A stretch of DNA of 64,000 bases from Bacteroidaceae bacterium (GTDB lineage Bacteria; Actinomycetota; Coriobacteriia; Coriobacteriales; Coriobacteriaceae), in NCBI GenBank assembly GCA_963630805.1, contig CAVGNZ010000051.1, forward strand, positions 43,255 to 107,254, written 5' to 3'. Numbering within the stretch: position 1 is the first letter of the stretch; every line of letters begins with the position of its first letter. This document shows positions 28,107 through 37,455 of the stretch, one piece after another. Under the pieces are notes generated by a model that was given only the letters and a program-made list of their open reading frames with translations, did not search any database and was not told the DNA's origin. A program made the translations under genes and the position numbers.

Positions 28107-29342
28107 ATGGTCAAGATTCGCAGCGTGCGCGAGCGCTATGAGATTCAGGAGCGCTGCCTGCGCGAGCGCTTGGAGCAGATCGTGCCCGTGGCCATGGAGC
28201 GCAGCGGGGCCGATATCTGGCTGCACGTCTCGCGCGAGTACAACGAGGACCCGACCTTTCGCGCCCTCTTCCCGCCGACCTACCCCACGGCGCGCCGCCT
28301 GACCATCCTGGCCTTTGTGCGCACGGGGGAGGGCGTTCGCCGTTTCCACGTGGCCATGCCGGACGAGGACCTGGAGCGCTTCTACGAGCGCTGGTGGACC
28401 AACTGGCGCGAGGAGCCGCAGATGGCCGCGCTCACGCGCCTGTTCGAGGAGTACCGGCCGCGCACCATCGCGGTGAACCGCTCCCGGAACTTTGCCGTGG
28501 CAGACGGCCTTTCCGCCGGCTGCGATGCGCTTTTGCGCGAGGGCCTGGACGAGTGCTGGACGTCGCGCATGTACGCGGACGACACCTTGCCCTTAAAGGT
28601 GATGGAGCTGCGCACGCCCACCGAGATGGAGCTCATGCCCGAGGTAGCAGACGTCTCGTATTCCATCCTGGAGGAGATGTACACGGCCCAAAACGTGCGG
28701 CCCGGCATCACCACCACGCAGGACCTGGAGTTCTTCATGCGTCAGCGCGCCTGCGAGCTGGGCCTGGAGTACTGGTTCGAGCCCACGATGGACATCGAGC
28801 GCGCGGGTGTGGACGAGTCGCGCATCACCGGGGTGATCCAGGAGGGCGACCTGCTCCACTGCGACTTTGGCATCCGCTATATGAACATGATGACCGACAG
28901 CCAACGCCTGGCCTATGTCCCGCGGGCGGGGGAGAGCGAGCTGCCCGCCGAGCTCGTCCGCGCTATGGCGGTCAACAATCGCTTCCAGGATATCGTGCGC
29001 GAGAACATGGTGCCCGGCCGCACGGGCAACGAGGTGTTCGCCGCCTCGATCGCCGCGGCCGAGGCCGAGGGCATCGACGCGATGCTCTACTCGCACCCCT
29101 GCAACATGTACGGCCACGGCCCCGGGCCCACCATCGGCCTGTGGTCCAACCAGGGTGTCATCCCCGTGCACGGTGATGTGGTGGTGGACGAGAACACCTG
29201 CTGGGCGCTCGAGCTCAACGTGCGGGCTCCGGCGCAGGGCCGCGAGAAGTGCTTTATCTACACCGAGGAGACGGTCCTGCTCGATTCGCGCGGCGTGCAC
29301 TTTTTACACGAGGGCCGCGACAAGATCACGTTCATCTCGTAG
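28107..29342 (+). CDS. M24-family metallopeptidase (Xaa-Pro aminopeptidase/creatinase fold)
   Basis: Pita-bread metal-ligand context LLHCDFGIRY ... HPCNMYGHGPGPTIG ... WALELNV...FIYTEE. Confidence 0.8.
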   Translation: MVKIRSVRERYEIQERCLRERLEQIVPVAMERSGADIWLHVSREYNEDPTFRALFPPTYPTARRLTILAFVRTGEGVRRFHVAMPDEDLERFYERWWTNWREEPQMAALTRLFEEYRPRTIAVNRSRNFAVADGLSAGCDALLREGLDECWTSRMYADDTLPLKVMELRTPTEMELMPEVADVSYSILEEMYTAQNVRPGITTTQDLEFFMRQRACELGLEYWFEPTMDIERAGVDESRITGVIQEGDLLHCDFGIRYMNMMTDSQRLAYVPRAGESELPAELVRAMAVNNRFQDIVRENMVPGRTGNEVFAASIAAAEAEGIDAMLYSHPCNMYGHGPGPTIGLWSNQGVIPVHGDVVVDENTCWALELNVRAPAQGREKCFIYTEETVLLDSRGVHFLHEGRDKITFIS

Positions 29343-29402
29343 CCGCATGCGTGGAGCGCGCCTGCATCCGACCGTTCGCGGGTTTCACAATTGTTAACAA
29401 AC

Positions 29403-29446
29403 ATAAGCCCCCGTCTTGGCGCACCAGCGCGCAGGCGGGGGTTTAT
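29403..29446 (+). terminator. Hairpin after the M24 peptidase gene
   Basis: Stem ataagcccccg / cgggggtttat (one G-U pair) enclosing a GC-rich loop. Confidence 0.4.
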
Positions 29447-29642
29447 GCATATCTGAACAGCACTTATGCAGCGTTAACACAGTTGTAACTTTAGTATGGC
29501 GAAGAATCTCATGGCCGTTTGACAAATTCAGGCAACCGCGGCGCCCTCAAATCAAGTAAAGTGTCTCCCAATCGTTACCGTGGCCTTACAGCCAAGGCCG
29601 CAACGATATGCACTGAAGTGTTTTGCACTGAAGGAGGATGGC

Positions 29643-31352
29643 ATGGCTGACATCAATTTCCATGAGCCCGTTGTGGGTCGTCGCGCCTTTGTGGGCGGCT
29701 CCCTTGCTGCGAGCTCCCTCGCGTTCCTTGCTGCCTGCGGCAAGAAGGGCGATTCCAGCGCTGCTGGTTCCAGCTCCGATTCTGCTGCCACTGCCGGCGG
29801 CACGCTGAGCTATTACATCAACAACCCCACCTGCATCGACCCCTACAATGTCCAGGAGGACCAGGGCACGCAGGTCTGCTTCCAGCTCTTTGACGCGCTG
29901 ACCACCTATGACTACGACAAGGAGGCCATCGTCGGCCTGGCCGCCGAGAGCTTCAAGGCCAACGAGGACGCCACCGAGTTCACCTTCAAGCTGCGCGAGG
30001 GCGCTACCTTCCACAACGGCGACGCCGTTGACGCCGAGAGCTTCAAGCGCGCTTGGACCCGTGTCGTGAACGCCAAGAGCAAGGTTGCCGACGAGTACGG
30101 CCCCTCTGAGGTCTCCTATCACCTGTCCCTCGTCGAGGGCTATGACGAGCTCGCCGCTGGCGACACCGACGAGTTCTCCGGCCTTTCCTGCCCGGACGAC
30201 CTCACCCTTGTGGTCAAGCTGAGCTCCGCCTACGCCGACTTCCCCTATGTGGCCAGCCACCCCGCCCTGTCGCCGGTGCCCGCCGCCGCCGAGGACGACG
30301 CCAAGAACTTCTATCTGGCGCCCATCGGTAACGGCCCGTTCCAGATGGACGGCAAGTGGGAGGACGGCCAGGAGATCAACCTGGTCAAGTACGACGATTA
30401 CTATGGCGACAACAAGGCCAAGATCGACGGCATCCACTTCTCCATCCAGAAGGATGTCGAGACCGCGTACAAGGAGTTCCAGGCCGGCAACCTCGACATC
30501 TGCGACGTGCCCGTCGCCCAGATCGACGCCGCCGTCAAGGATCGCGGCGAGTCCGAGGACGGCTACACCATGTCTGAGGGCCACCACATGCTCCTCGGCT
30601 CCGAGCCTTCCACCTACTACCTGACCTGCAACAACACGGCCGAGCCGTTCAACAACGCCGACCTGCGCAGGGGCATCTCGCTTGCCATCAACCGCGAGGC
30701 CATCTGCACCACCCTCTTCAAGGGCACCCGCACGCCTGCCGACGGCATCATCCCGCCGGGCATCGCCGGTTACGAGGAAGGCGCTTGGGAGTTCGCCAAG
30801 TACGACGTCGACGCCGCTGCCGAGTACCTGGACAAGGCCGGCTACACCGCTGGCTCCGACGGTTCCCGTGGCCTCAAGCTGACCCTGTCCTACAACCAGG
30901 ACGGCGGCCACAAGGAGATCATGGAGTCCATCATCGGCGACCTGGAGAAGGTCGGCATCGAGGTCGAGTCCGACACCCCCGAGTGGTCCGCGCTGCTCGA
31001 CCAGTACCAGAGCTTCGACTATCAGTTCGGTCGCCTGGGCTGGATCGCCGACTATCCCATCATGGACAACTTCCTGTACCCGCTGTTCCATTCCGACTCC
31101 ATCGGTGGCGACAACCGCTCCGGCTACAGCAACACCGAGGTCGACAAGGGCATCAACGAGGCCCGCGCTACCGTTGACGACGACGAGCGTCTCGAGAAGC
31201 TGCACGCTGTGGACAAGCAGATCGCTTCTGACTGCCCGATCATCCCGATCATGTTCTACACGCATGTCACCGCCGGCGCCGATCGCGTGAAGTCCTTCTA
31301 CCTCGACCCGCAGAAGCACGCTCACATCCAGGATGCTGAGCTCTCTGCATAA
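29643..31352 (+). CDS. ABC transporter substrate-binding lipoprotein, family 5 (paralog of 26331-27995)
   Basis: Signal GRRAFVGGSLAASSLAFLAACGKK. Long stretches are shared with the first SBP, for example LAPIGNGPF.M.GKWEDGQEI and SRGLKLTLSYNQDGGHKEIMESIIGDL. ATG follows AAGGAGG. Confidence 0.9.
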   Translation: MADINFHEPVVGRRAFVGGSLAASSLAFLAACGKKGDSSAAGSSSDSAATAGGTLSYYINNPTCIDPYNVQEDQGTQVCFQLFDALTTYDYDKEAIVGLAAESFKANEDATEFTFKLREGATFHNGDAVDAESFKRAWTRVVNAKSKVADEYGPSEVSYHLSLVEGYDELAAGDTDEFSGLSCPDDLTLVVKLSSAYADFPYVASHPALSPVPAAAEDDAKNFYLAPIGNGPFQMDGKWEDGQEINLVKYDDYYGDNKAKIDGIHFSIQKDVETAYKEFQAGNLDICDVPVAQIDAAVKDRGESEDGYTMSEGHHMLLGSEPSTYYLTCNNTAEPFNNADLRRGISLAINREAICTTLFKGTRTPADGIIPPGIAGYEEGAWEFAKYDVDAAAEYLDKAGYTAGSDGSRGLKLTLSYNQDGGHKEIMESIIGDLEKVGIEVESDTPEWSALLDQYQSFDYQFGRLGWIADYPIMDNFLYPLFHSDSIGGDNRSGYSNTEVDKGINEARATVDDDERLEKLHAVDKQIASDCPIIPIMFYTHVTAGADRVKSFYLDPQKHAHIQDAELSA

Positions 31353-31436
31353 ATAGGGCGTTATTTGCTCCACTTCTGCATAATGTTACGGAGGTGGCGC
31401 AGGTCGAGATAAAAGTTTATACTTTTGCCTCATGTG

Positions 31437-31468
31437 ACGGGATGTCAATCAATTGGTTGGCATCCCGT
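31437..31468 (+). other. Intercistronic hairpin between the SBP and permease genes
   Basis: Stem acgggatg / catcccgt. This is a typical position for an mRNA-stabilising or partial-terminator hairpin in ABC operons. Confidence 0.35.
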
Positions 31469-31499
31469 TTAGGTTGTTCCCACAGTAGGGGAGTTTTGT

Positions 31500-32516
31500 A
31501 TGGGAAAGTACATCCTCAAGCGTGTGCTTCAATTCATCCCGGTGTTTCTTGGCGTGACGCTCATCCTGTTCGCGCTGCAGAACATCGTGCCGGGAGACCC
31601 GATCAAGCTGATCGGCGGCGAGAAGTCGCTCACCCCCGAGGTCGAGCTTCAGCTTCGCATCCGTTATCACTTGGTTCAGGTTGACGAAGAGGGCAACGCG
31701 ATCCTGGACGAGAACGGCGACCCCGTTCCCGAGACGCTCTGGAACCGCTACGTCTACTACATGACAGGTCTGGTTCAGGGCGACCTTGGCAGCTCGTATC
31801 AGCGCAAGCTGCCGGTGACCGAGATCTTTGCGGCAAAGTATCCGTACACGGTGAAGCTCGCCGTGTGCGCCATCGTGCTCGAGGCCATCATGGGCATCGG
31901 CGCGGGTATCATCTCGGCCGTTAAACGATATTCCTTCTGGGATATCTTGGTCACGCTCACCACCTCGGTGCTCGTGGCCGTGCCCGCTTTCTGGCTGGGC
32001 ATGCTGCTCCAGCTCTTCTTTGGCGTCTATCTGCACGTGCTCCCCATTTCGGGTGCCGGCGGCGCCTCCTCCCAGTTCCAGGACTGGGCGCACTACATTC
32101 TGCCCGCGATCACGCTGGCATCGGTCTCTACCGCCTATGCGGCGCGCATCATGCGCTCGCAGCTGCTGGATGTTATGAATCAGGACTACATCCGCACCGC
32201 CAAGGCCAAGGGCCTCTCCAACCGCGCCATCATCTGGAAGCACGCTCTTAAGAACGCGCTCATCCCGGTTGTCACCTATATCGGTGTCGACTTTGGCGCC
32301 ATGCTTTCGGGCGCCATCCTTACCGAGACGGTCTTTAACTGGCCCGGTATCGGTTACGAGATGTACCGCGCTATCAGCAGTCGTGACTGGCCGATCGTCA
32401 TGGGCGGCGTCACGCTCGTCGTCGTGGTCGTGATGGTCATCAACCTGATCGTCGACGTGAGCTACGCGTTCCTCGACCCGCGCATCCGCTTCGACTCGTC
32501 CAGCAAGAACGCCTAA
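31500..32516 (+). CDS. Peptide ABC transporter permease (OppB/DppB-like)
   Basis: N-terminus MGKYILKRVLQFIPVFLGVTLILFAL and BPD_transp_1 core with the EAA-like segment YIRTAKAKGLS. Confidence 0.9.
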   Translation: MGKYILKRVLQFIPVFLGVTLILFALQNIVPGDPIKLIGGEKSLTPEVELQLRIRYHLVQVDEEGNAILDENGDPVPETLWNRYVYYMTGLVQGDLGSSYQRKLPVTEIFAAKYPYTVKLAVCAIVLEAIMGIGAGIISAVKRYSFWDILVTLTTSVLVAVPAFWLGMLLQLFFGVYLHVLPISGAGGASSQFQDWAHYILPAITLASVSTAYAARIMRSQLLDVMNQDYIRTAKAKGLSNRAIIWKHALKNALIPVVTYIGVDFGAMLSGAILTETVFNWPGIGYEMYRAISSRDWPIVMGGVTLVVVVVMVINLIVDVSYAFLDPRIRFDSSSKNA

Positions 32517-32528
32517 GGGGAGGTAACA

Positions 32529-33473
32529 ATGGCAGAAAACAACACCCCTCAGACGAACGAGGACGCCGTGGCGGCCAAGCCGGCATCCGAGCAGGCTTCT
32601 GGCAAGTCGCGCACCCTGTGGGGCGACGCCTTCAAGCGTCTTTCCAAGAACAAGCTCGCCATCATCGCGGTGGTCTGGATCATCTTCGTCATCGCGGTCG
32701 CGCTCACGGCCGACCTTTGGGCTCAGGACTGGCTCGGTTCGCCCACGGCCTCTGACTCCACCACCATGGCTCAGAACTCCACGCTCCCGCCCTCGGCTGA
32801 GCATCCCTTCGGTACCGACTCGCTCGGTCGCGACATCCTCGTGCGCGTCATCTACGGCTCGCGCGTGTCGCTCTCCGTCGGCGTGATGGCCACGGCCATC
32901 TCCACCGTTATCGGCCTGGTGCTGGGTGCACTGGCCGGTTTCTACGGCGGCATCTGGGACACGATCATCATGCGCCTGGCCGATATCTTCCTGGCCTTCC
33001 CGTACGTGCTGTTCGTGGTCTCGCTCATCGCTGTGCTCGGCCGCTCGCTCACCAACGTGTTCGTGGCTATCGGCATCCTGGGCTGGCCCTCCATCGCCCG
33101 CGTGTTCCGCTCGGCGATCCTGACCGTCAAGGAGAACGACTACGTCGATGCCGCCCGTGCCATGGGCGCCTCTGACGGCCGTATCATCCTGCGTCACATC
33201 CTGCCCAACTCCGTGGCCTCCATCGTCGTGTACGCCACCATGAACATTGGCGGCGCCATCCTCACCGAGTCCTCCCTGTCCTTCCTGGGCATGGGCGTGG
33301 TTCCGCCCACTCCCTCGTGGGGCTCTATGATCCAGGACGGCCAGGCGTATCTGCAGTCGGCCCCGTGGATGATGATCATGCCCGGTCTGGCCATCCTTTC
33401 GACCGTACTTGCGTTCACCTTGCTGGGCGACGGTCTGCGCGATGCGCTCGACGTCAAGATGAAGGATGCGTAA
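32529..33473 (+). CDS. Peptide ABC transporter permease (OppC/DppC-like)
   Basis: HPFGTDSLGRDILVRVIYG and YVDAARAMGASDGRIILRHILPN are typical OppC strings. Confidence 0.9.
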   Translation: MAENNTPQTNEDAVAAKPASEQASGKSRTLWGDAFKRLSKNKLAIIAVVWIIFVIAVALTADLWAQDWLGSPTASDSTTMAQNSTLPPSAEHPFGTDSLGRDILVRVIYGSRVSLSVGVMATAISTVIGLVLGALAGFYGGIWDTIIMRLADIFLAFPYVLFVVSLIAVLGRSLTNVFVAIGILGWPSIARVFRSAILTVKENDYVDAARAMGASDGRIILRHILPNSVASIVVYATMNIGGAILTESSLSFLGMGVVPPTPSWGSMIQDGQAYLQSAPWMMIMPGLAILSTVLAFTLLGDGLRDALDVKMKDA

Positions 33474-33476
33474 GAG

Positions 33477-34601
33477 ATGAAGAAGAAGGATTTTAAGAAC
33501 TACGTCGATCTTAAGACGCAGCCTATCCCTGAGGGCCACCACCTGCTCGAGGTGGACGACCTCAAGATGTACTTCCATACCGAGGACGGCATCGTGCATG
33601 CCGTCGACGGCGTGAGCTACACCCTCGACCGCGGTGAGACGCTGGGCGTGGTGGGCGAGTCCGGTTCCGGCAAGTCCGTGACCGCCATGACCATCATGGG
33701 CCTCATCTCCATGCCTCCGGGCAAGATTCACGGCGGCTCGGTGACCTACCGCGGCAAGTCCCTGCTCGACATGAGCGAAGAGGAGATGCAGCACATCCGC
33801 GGCAACGACATCGCCATGATCTTCCAGGATCCTATGACCTCGCTCAACCCGGTCTACAAGATCGGTAAGCAGGTGGGCGAGGGTCTGCGCCTGCACCGCG
33901 GCTACTCCAAGGCCGAGGCGCTCAAGCGCGCCACCGAGCTGCTCGACCTCGTGGGCATTCCCGAGCCCGAGAAGCGCGTGAACGAGTACCCGCACCAGTT
34001 CTCCGGCGGCATGCGTCAGCGCGTCATGATCGCTATGGCCCTTGCCTGCGACCCCGACATCCTGATCGCCGACGAGCCCACCACGGCCCTCGACGTGACC
34101 ATCCAGGCGCAGATCATCGAGCTCATGCAGGAGATGCAGGAGAAGAACGGCAACGCCATCGTCATGATCACGCACGACCTGGGCGTCGTGGCAGACATTG
34201 CCGACAAGATCATGGTCATGTACGCCGGTCGCCCTGTCGAGTTCGGCACCGCCGACCAGATCTTCTATGAGAGCCGTCACCCCTACACCTGGGGCCTCAT
34301 CCGCTCGATTCCCGAGCAGGCGATCGACGAGAAGAAGCCGCTCACGCCGATTCAGGGCAACCCGCCCTCTCTCGTGAACCTTCCCGAGGGCTGCTCCTTT
34401 GCGCCCCGCTGCCCCTATGCGACCGAGCTCTGCCACAAGCAGCGCCCCGAGCGCGTGGAGCTCTCCGGCGGCCACTATGCGGCCTGTCACTACGCGAGCG
34501 ATGCCGAGTTCGCCCGTAAGAACGCCCCCGAGACGTCGCGCACCGCCGGCGCGCACGTGGCGACGGGCATGGACGATTCCCAGAACGGAGGCGAGGCGTA
34601 A
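33477..34601 (+). CDS. Peptide ABC transporter ATP-binding protein (OppD/DppD-like)
   Basis: Walker A GESGSGKS, signature FSGGMRQR, Walker [13 protein letters not shown] and a C-terminal oligopeptide domain with [10 protein letters not shown]. Confidence 0.92.
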   Translation: MKKKDFKNYVDLKTQPIPEGHHLLEVDDLKMYFHTEDGIVHAVDGVSYTLDRGETLGVVGESGSGKSVTAMTIMGLISMPPGKIHGGSVTYRGKSLLDMSEEEMQHIRGNDIAMIFQDPMTSLNPVYKIGKQVGEGLRLHRGYSKAEALKRATELLDLVGIPEPEKRVNEYPHQFSGGMRQRVMIAMALACDPDILIADEPTTALDVTIQAQIIELMQEMQEKNGNAIVMITHDLGVVADIADKIMVMYAGRPVEFGTADQIFYESRHPYTWGLIRSIPEQAIDEKKPLTPIQGNPPSLVNLPEGCSFAPRCPYATELCHKQRPERVELSGGHYAACHYASDAEFARKNAPETSRTAGAHVATGMDDSQNGGEA

Positions 34602-34604
34602 ACC

Positions 34605-35624
34605 ATGGCAGAGCAGACACCGTTGCTCAAAGTCGAGCACCTCTCCAAGGAATTTCCCGCCAACTCCGGCGTTTTTGCCAGCCGCTTCTCTAAGCGTGTG
34701 GTCTCGGCCGTGAACGACGTTTCGTTCGAGATCATGCCCGGCGAGACGTTTGGTCTGGTAGGCGAGTCTGGCTGCGGCAAGTCCACCACGGGCCGCACCA
34801 TCATGCATCTGAACCGCCCCACCGGCGGCAAGGTGTTCTTTGAGGGCCGCGACGTCTCCGCGATGAACAAGAAGGAACTCAAGGCCATGCGCCGCGAGAT
34901 GCAGTTCATCTTCCAGGACCCGTACGCGAGCCTGAACCCGCGCATGACCATTGGCGAGATCGTCTCTGAGCCCATGACCATCCACGGCATCGGCACCAAG
35001 GCCGAGCGCATGGAGCGCGTCCGCGAGCTTCTGGACGTCGTCGGCCTGAACCCGGAGCACATCAACCGCTACCCGCACGAGTTCTCGGGCGGCCAGCGTC
35101 AGCGCGTGGGCATCGCCCGTGCGTTCATCCTGCGCCCCAAGCTCATCATCTGCGACGAGCCCGTCTCGGCACTCGACGTGTCGATCCAGGCGCAGGTGCT
35201 GAACCTGCTCAAGAAGCTGCAGGACAAGTACGGTACCGCCTACCTGTTCATCGCCCACGATCTCTCCGTCGTTCAGCACATCTCCGACCGCGTGGCCGTG
35301 ATGTACCTGGGCAAGATGGTCGAGCTCTCCGACTGGAAGAGCCTCTATGCTCAGCCGCACCACCCCTACACGCAGTCGCTGCTGTCTGCCGTGCCGGTGC
35401 CCGACCCGGATATCCAGAAGACGCGCAAGCGCATCATTCTGGCCGGCGATCCGCCCTCGCCGCTCGATCCGCCCGCGGGCTGCCGCTTCCATACGCGCTG
35501 CCCGATCGCGCAGGAGATCTGCGGCCGCGAGCAGCCCGCCTTTAACGAGGTGGAGCCGGGGCACTTCTGCGCCTGCCACTTCGCCGAGGCGTTCCCCATC
35601 AAGGAGTCGCACATCGACCTGTAG
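34605..35624 (+). CDS. Peptide ABC transporter ATP-binding protein (OppF/DppF-like)
   Basis: Walker [10 protein letters not shown], signature FSGGQRQR, Walker [13 protein letters not shown] and CRFHTRCP. Confidence 0.92.
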   Translation: MAEQTPLLKVEHLSKEFPANSGVFASRFSKRVVSAVNDVSFEIMPGETFGLVGESGCGKSTTGRTIMHLNRPTGGKVFFEGRDVSAMNKKELKAMRREMQFIFQDPYASLNPRMTIGEIVSEPMTIHGIGTKAERMERVRELLDVVGLNPEHINRYPHEFSGGQRQRVGIARAFILRPKLIICDEPVSALDVSIQAQVLNLLKKLQDKYGTAYLFIAHDLSVVQHISDRVAVMYLGKMVELSDWKSLYAQPHHPYTQSLLSAVPVPDPDIQKTRKRIILAGDPPSPLDPPAGCRFHTRCPIAQEICGREQPAFNEVEPGHFCACHFAEAFPIKESHIDL

Positions 35625-35632
35625 GCTCTTGG

Positions 35633-35716
35633 CGGGAGCGGTGGGGGTTTGCCCCTTCGCTGGTCCTCGCCCTTCGGGCTGCGGAATCGCTCAGGCGCAA
35701 ACCCCCGCCGCTCCCG
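35633..35716 (+). repeat. 20-bp inverted repeat forming a long stem just after the opp-like operon
   Basis: cgggagcggtgggggtttgc (35633-35652) pairs with gcaaacccccgccgctcccg (35697-35716), with one G-U pair. The loop contains a further gccc-ttcg-gggc hairpin. Confidence 0.7.
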
Positions 35717-35758
35717 GCACCTGCTTGTCGCGTGCTCAGCGAGGAAGTTACGTTGTTG

Positions 35759-35789
35759 GACCGGTACCTTCGGGTGCCGGTCTTTTTTT
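35759..35789 (+). terminator. Intrinsic terminator
   Basis: Stem gaccggtacc / ggtgccggtc with loop ttcg, followed by ttttttt. Confidence 0.85.
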
Positions 35790-35830
35790 GTTGCAAGGAG
35801 GCCTTCTTTCTTGTGACGGGGACTTGTCCC

Positions 35831-36003
35831 GGGTGGCTCGCTCCCTTCGGGAGCGTCGCCCGTTCTGGTTGAGTTGTGCTTGCTGCTGGGATGGCTCGCT
35901 CCCTGCGGGAGCGTTGCCCGTTCTGGTTGAGTTTTGTCTGTTGCTGGGGTGGCTTGCCCCTGAGGGGCATCGCGCCTTCCGGTTGTGCTGCACCTGTTGC
36001 GAG
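35831..36003 (+). repeat. Tandem repeat of about 57-58 bp, 3 copies (third diverged), each carrying a small GC hairpin
   Basis: R1 at 35831 is gggtggctcgctcccttcgggagcgtcgcccgttctggttgagttgtgcttgctgct. R2 at 35888 is gggatggctcgctccctgcgggagcgttgcccgttctggttgagttttgtctgttgct. R3 at 35946 begins ggggtggcttgcccctgaggggcatcgcgccttccggttg. Confidence 0.85.
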
Positions 36004-36187
36004 GGGCCCTGTTTGACGCGTCGCATCGCCTTCCCGTGACCTCGCGTTACTCTGTCGGGCTGTACCCGCTGCCTCGGCCGTTCGCCCCTGAGGGGTATCG
36101 CTTTCAATTTGGGGCGTTGTCTGTGCTATTTCGCTCACGGTGGGGTAACATGTAAGGCTCTATAGGATGCTTTGAAAGTGGGTCAAG

Positions 36188-37090
36188 ATGAACCAGGCAC
36201 CCTGCAATCACGTTTTCAATCGTCGTAACCTAGCCCTCGGTCTCGCTGCGCTTGGCGTGGCCTGTACGCTTGCCGTGCCCGGGCAGGCCTTTGCCGCCAA
36301 GACCGCTACGGTCTCCTACGGTGCGAGCGCGCTTCGGCAGGTGAGCACCCGAACCGTGGGCACGAGCCTCGGTAGCGTGCTTGGGATGGGCGTCGCCTCT
36401 AGTGCCGCAACCCATGCGAGCTCCTTTACGGGAGAGACCTCTGTGATCCAGGCTCCTGAAGGCTCCACGGTGGACCTCAGGGCTCGCGATTACGTCAAGT
36501 ACTCCAGGACCGTTTACGGGGCGAACATCATGTGGCGTCTTGTCTCCTGGACGCTGCAGATGCCGGACGGCACCACGCAGGTCTTAACTCCCAACAAGGG
36601 CGGCGCGGCCTCGTTTACCATGCCTGCCGGTGACGTCACGGTATGCCCGAACTATATGAGCCCGCTTGCCGGCGTCATCTTCAAGATCGGCGAGAAGACG
36701 CCGTTTGCGGACCTTGCGAGCGAGGTCGGTCAGGCCGAGGTCTTGTCCACCACGCTGGTCCGTGCCGACGACGGTCCCGAGTTCGTGCTTGACGGCGGCG
36801 GTGTCACCCTGACGGCCAAGACCGTGAAGGAAAACCGCGACGCTGCGGGCAAGGTCGAGTCCAAGGACGTCACCTATACGGTGAATATTTCCGCCGAGAC
36901 GCTGGCGGCCGCCGGCATCTATACGGACCTGGACGCGTTCTACCGCTTCAACGGCGTCGTCGTGACGCTGGACGACTACGGCACGCCGAACAGCACGCGT
37001 CCCGACACGCTGCCTGTCATGGACGATGACGGCGACGCGACGTTCACGTTCACCGTGAACTTTGCGAACCCTGGGACCGATCAGTCCTAG
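36188..37090 (+). CDS. Secreted hypothetical protein
   Basis: Signal-like N-terminus NRRNLALGLAALGVACTLAVPGQAFAAKT. The rest looks beta-rich, and I recognised no family. Confidence 0.6.
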   Translation: MNQAPCNHVFNRRNLALGLAALGVACTLAVPGQAFAAKTATVSYGASALRQVSTRTVGTSLGSVLGMGVASSAATHASSFTGETSVIQAPEGSTVDLRARDYVKYSRTVYGANIMWRLVSWTLQMPDGTTQVLTPNKGGAASFTMPAGDVTVCPNYMSPLAGVIFKIGEKTPFADLASEVGQAEVLSTTLVRADDGPEFVLDGGGVTLTAKTVKENRDAAGKVESKDVTYTVNISAETLAAAGIYTDLDAFYRFNGVVVTLDDYGTPNSTRPDTLPVMDDDGDATFTFTVNFANPGTDQS

Positions 37091-37278
37091 AGTGCGATCC
37101 AAGTTCGCAGCAGGGGTCGGGGCGATCGCCTCGACCCCTTTTTGTTGCAGCGAGCTTTTCCCAGCTAGGAGAGGGGGTAATTATTCAATTGGTGCGGGCG
37201 CGGCCGCAAGCTCCAAAACTTTTTAAAATTCTTCTTGCAATGTCCGGCGCGGCTGGGTTATAGTAACCCCTGTCGAAA

Positions 37279-37368
37279 GTCGGAGTGGCGGAATTGGCAG
37301 ACGCGCTAGCTTGAGGTGCTAGTGATCACTTTTCGATCATGCGGGTTCAAGTCCCGCCTCCGACACCA
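37279..37368 (+). tRNA. tRNA-Leu (anticodon GAG), long variable arm, CCA encoded
   Basis: Acceptor gtcggag / ctccgac, anticodon loop ttGAGgt, T-arm gcggg-ttcaagt-cccgc. Confidence 0.93.
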
Positions 37369-37455
37369 TCGCATTTACGAGCCTCCTAGTGAGGCTTTTC
37401 TTTTACCCATTGGACCTGTTTCGGCCGATGGGACGTCGCTAGGCGGGGTGTCGAC

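Noticed and set aside
31449-35612. 1387-aa minus-strand ORF spanning the whole opp-like operon. Similar long antisense ORFs lie at 12459-14885, 26175-28349, 29586-31373, 49178-52207, 52376-55036, 55763-57220 and 60392-62626.
   Set aside because: Each is antisense to well-supported plus-strand genes that have clear motifs. Their composition is Arg/Gly/Ala/Asp/His-rich with no RBS or domains. They are GC-driven open frames.
35831-36003. Possible CRISPR array
   Set aside because: The units are directly contiguous tandem copies with no unique spacers. They are about 58 bp long and degenerate, and no cas genes occur in the window.
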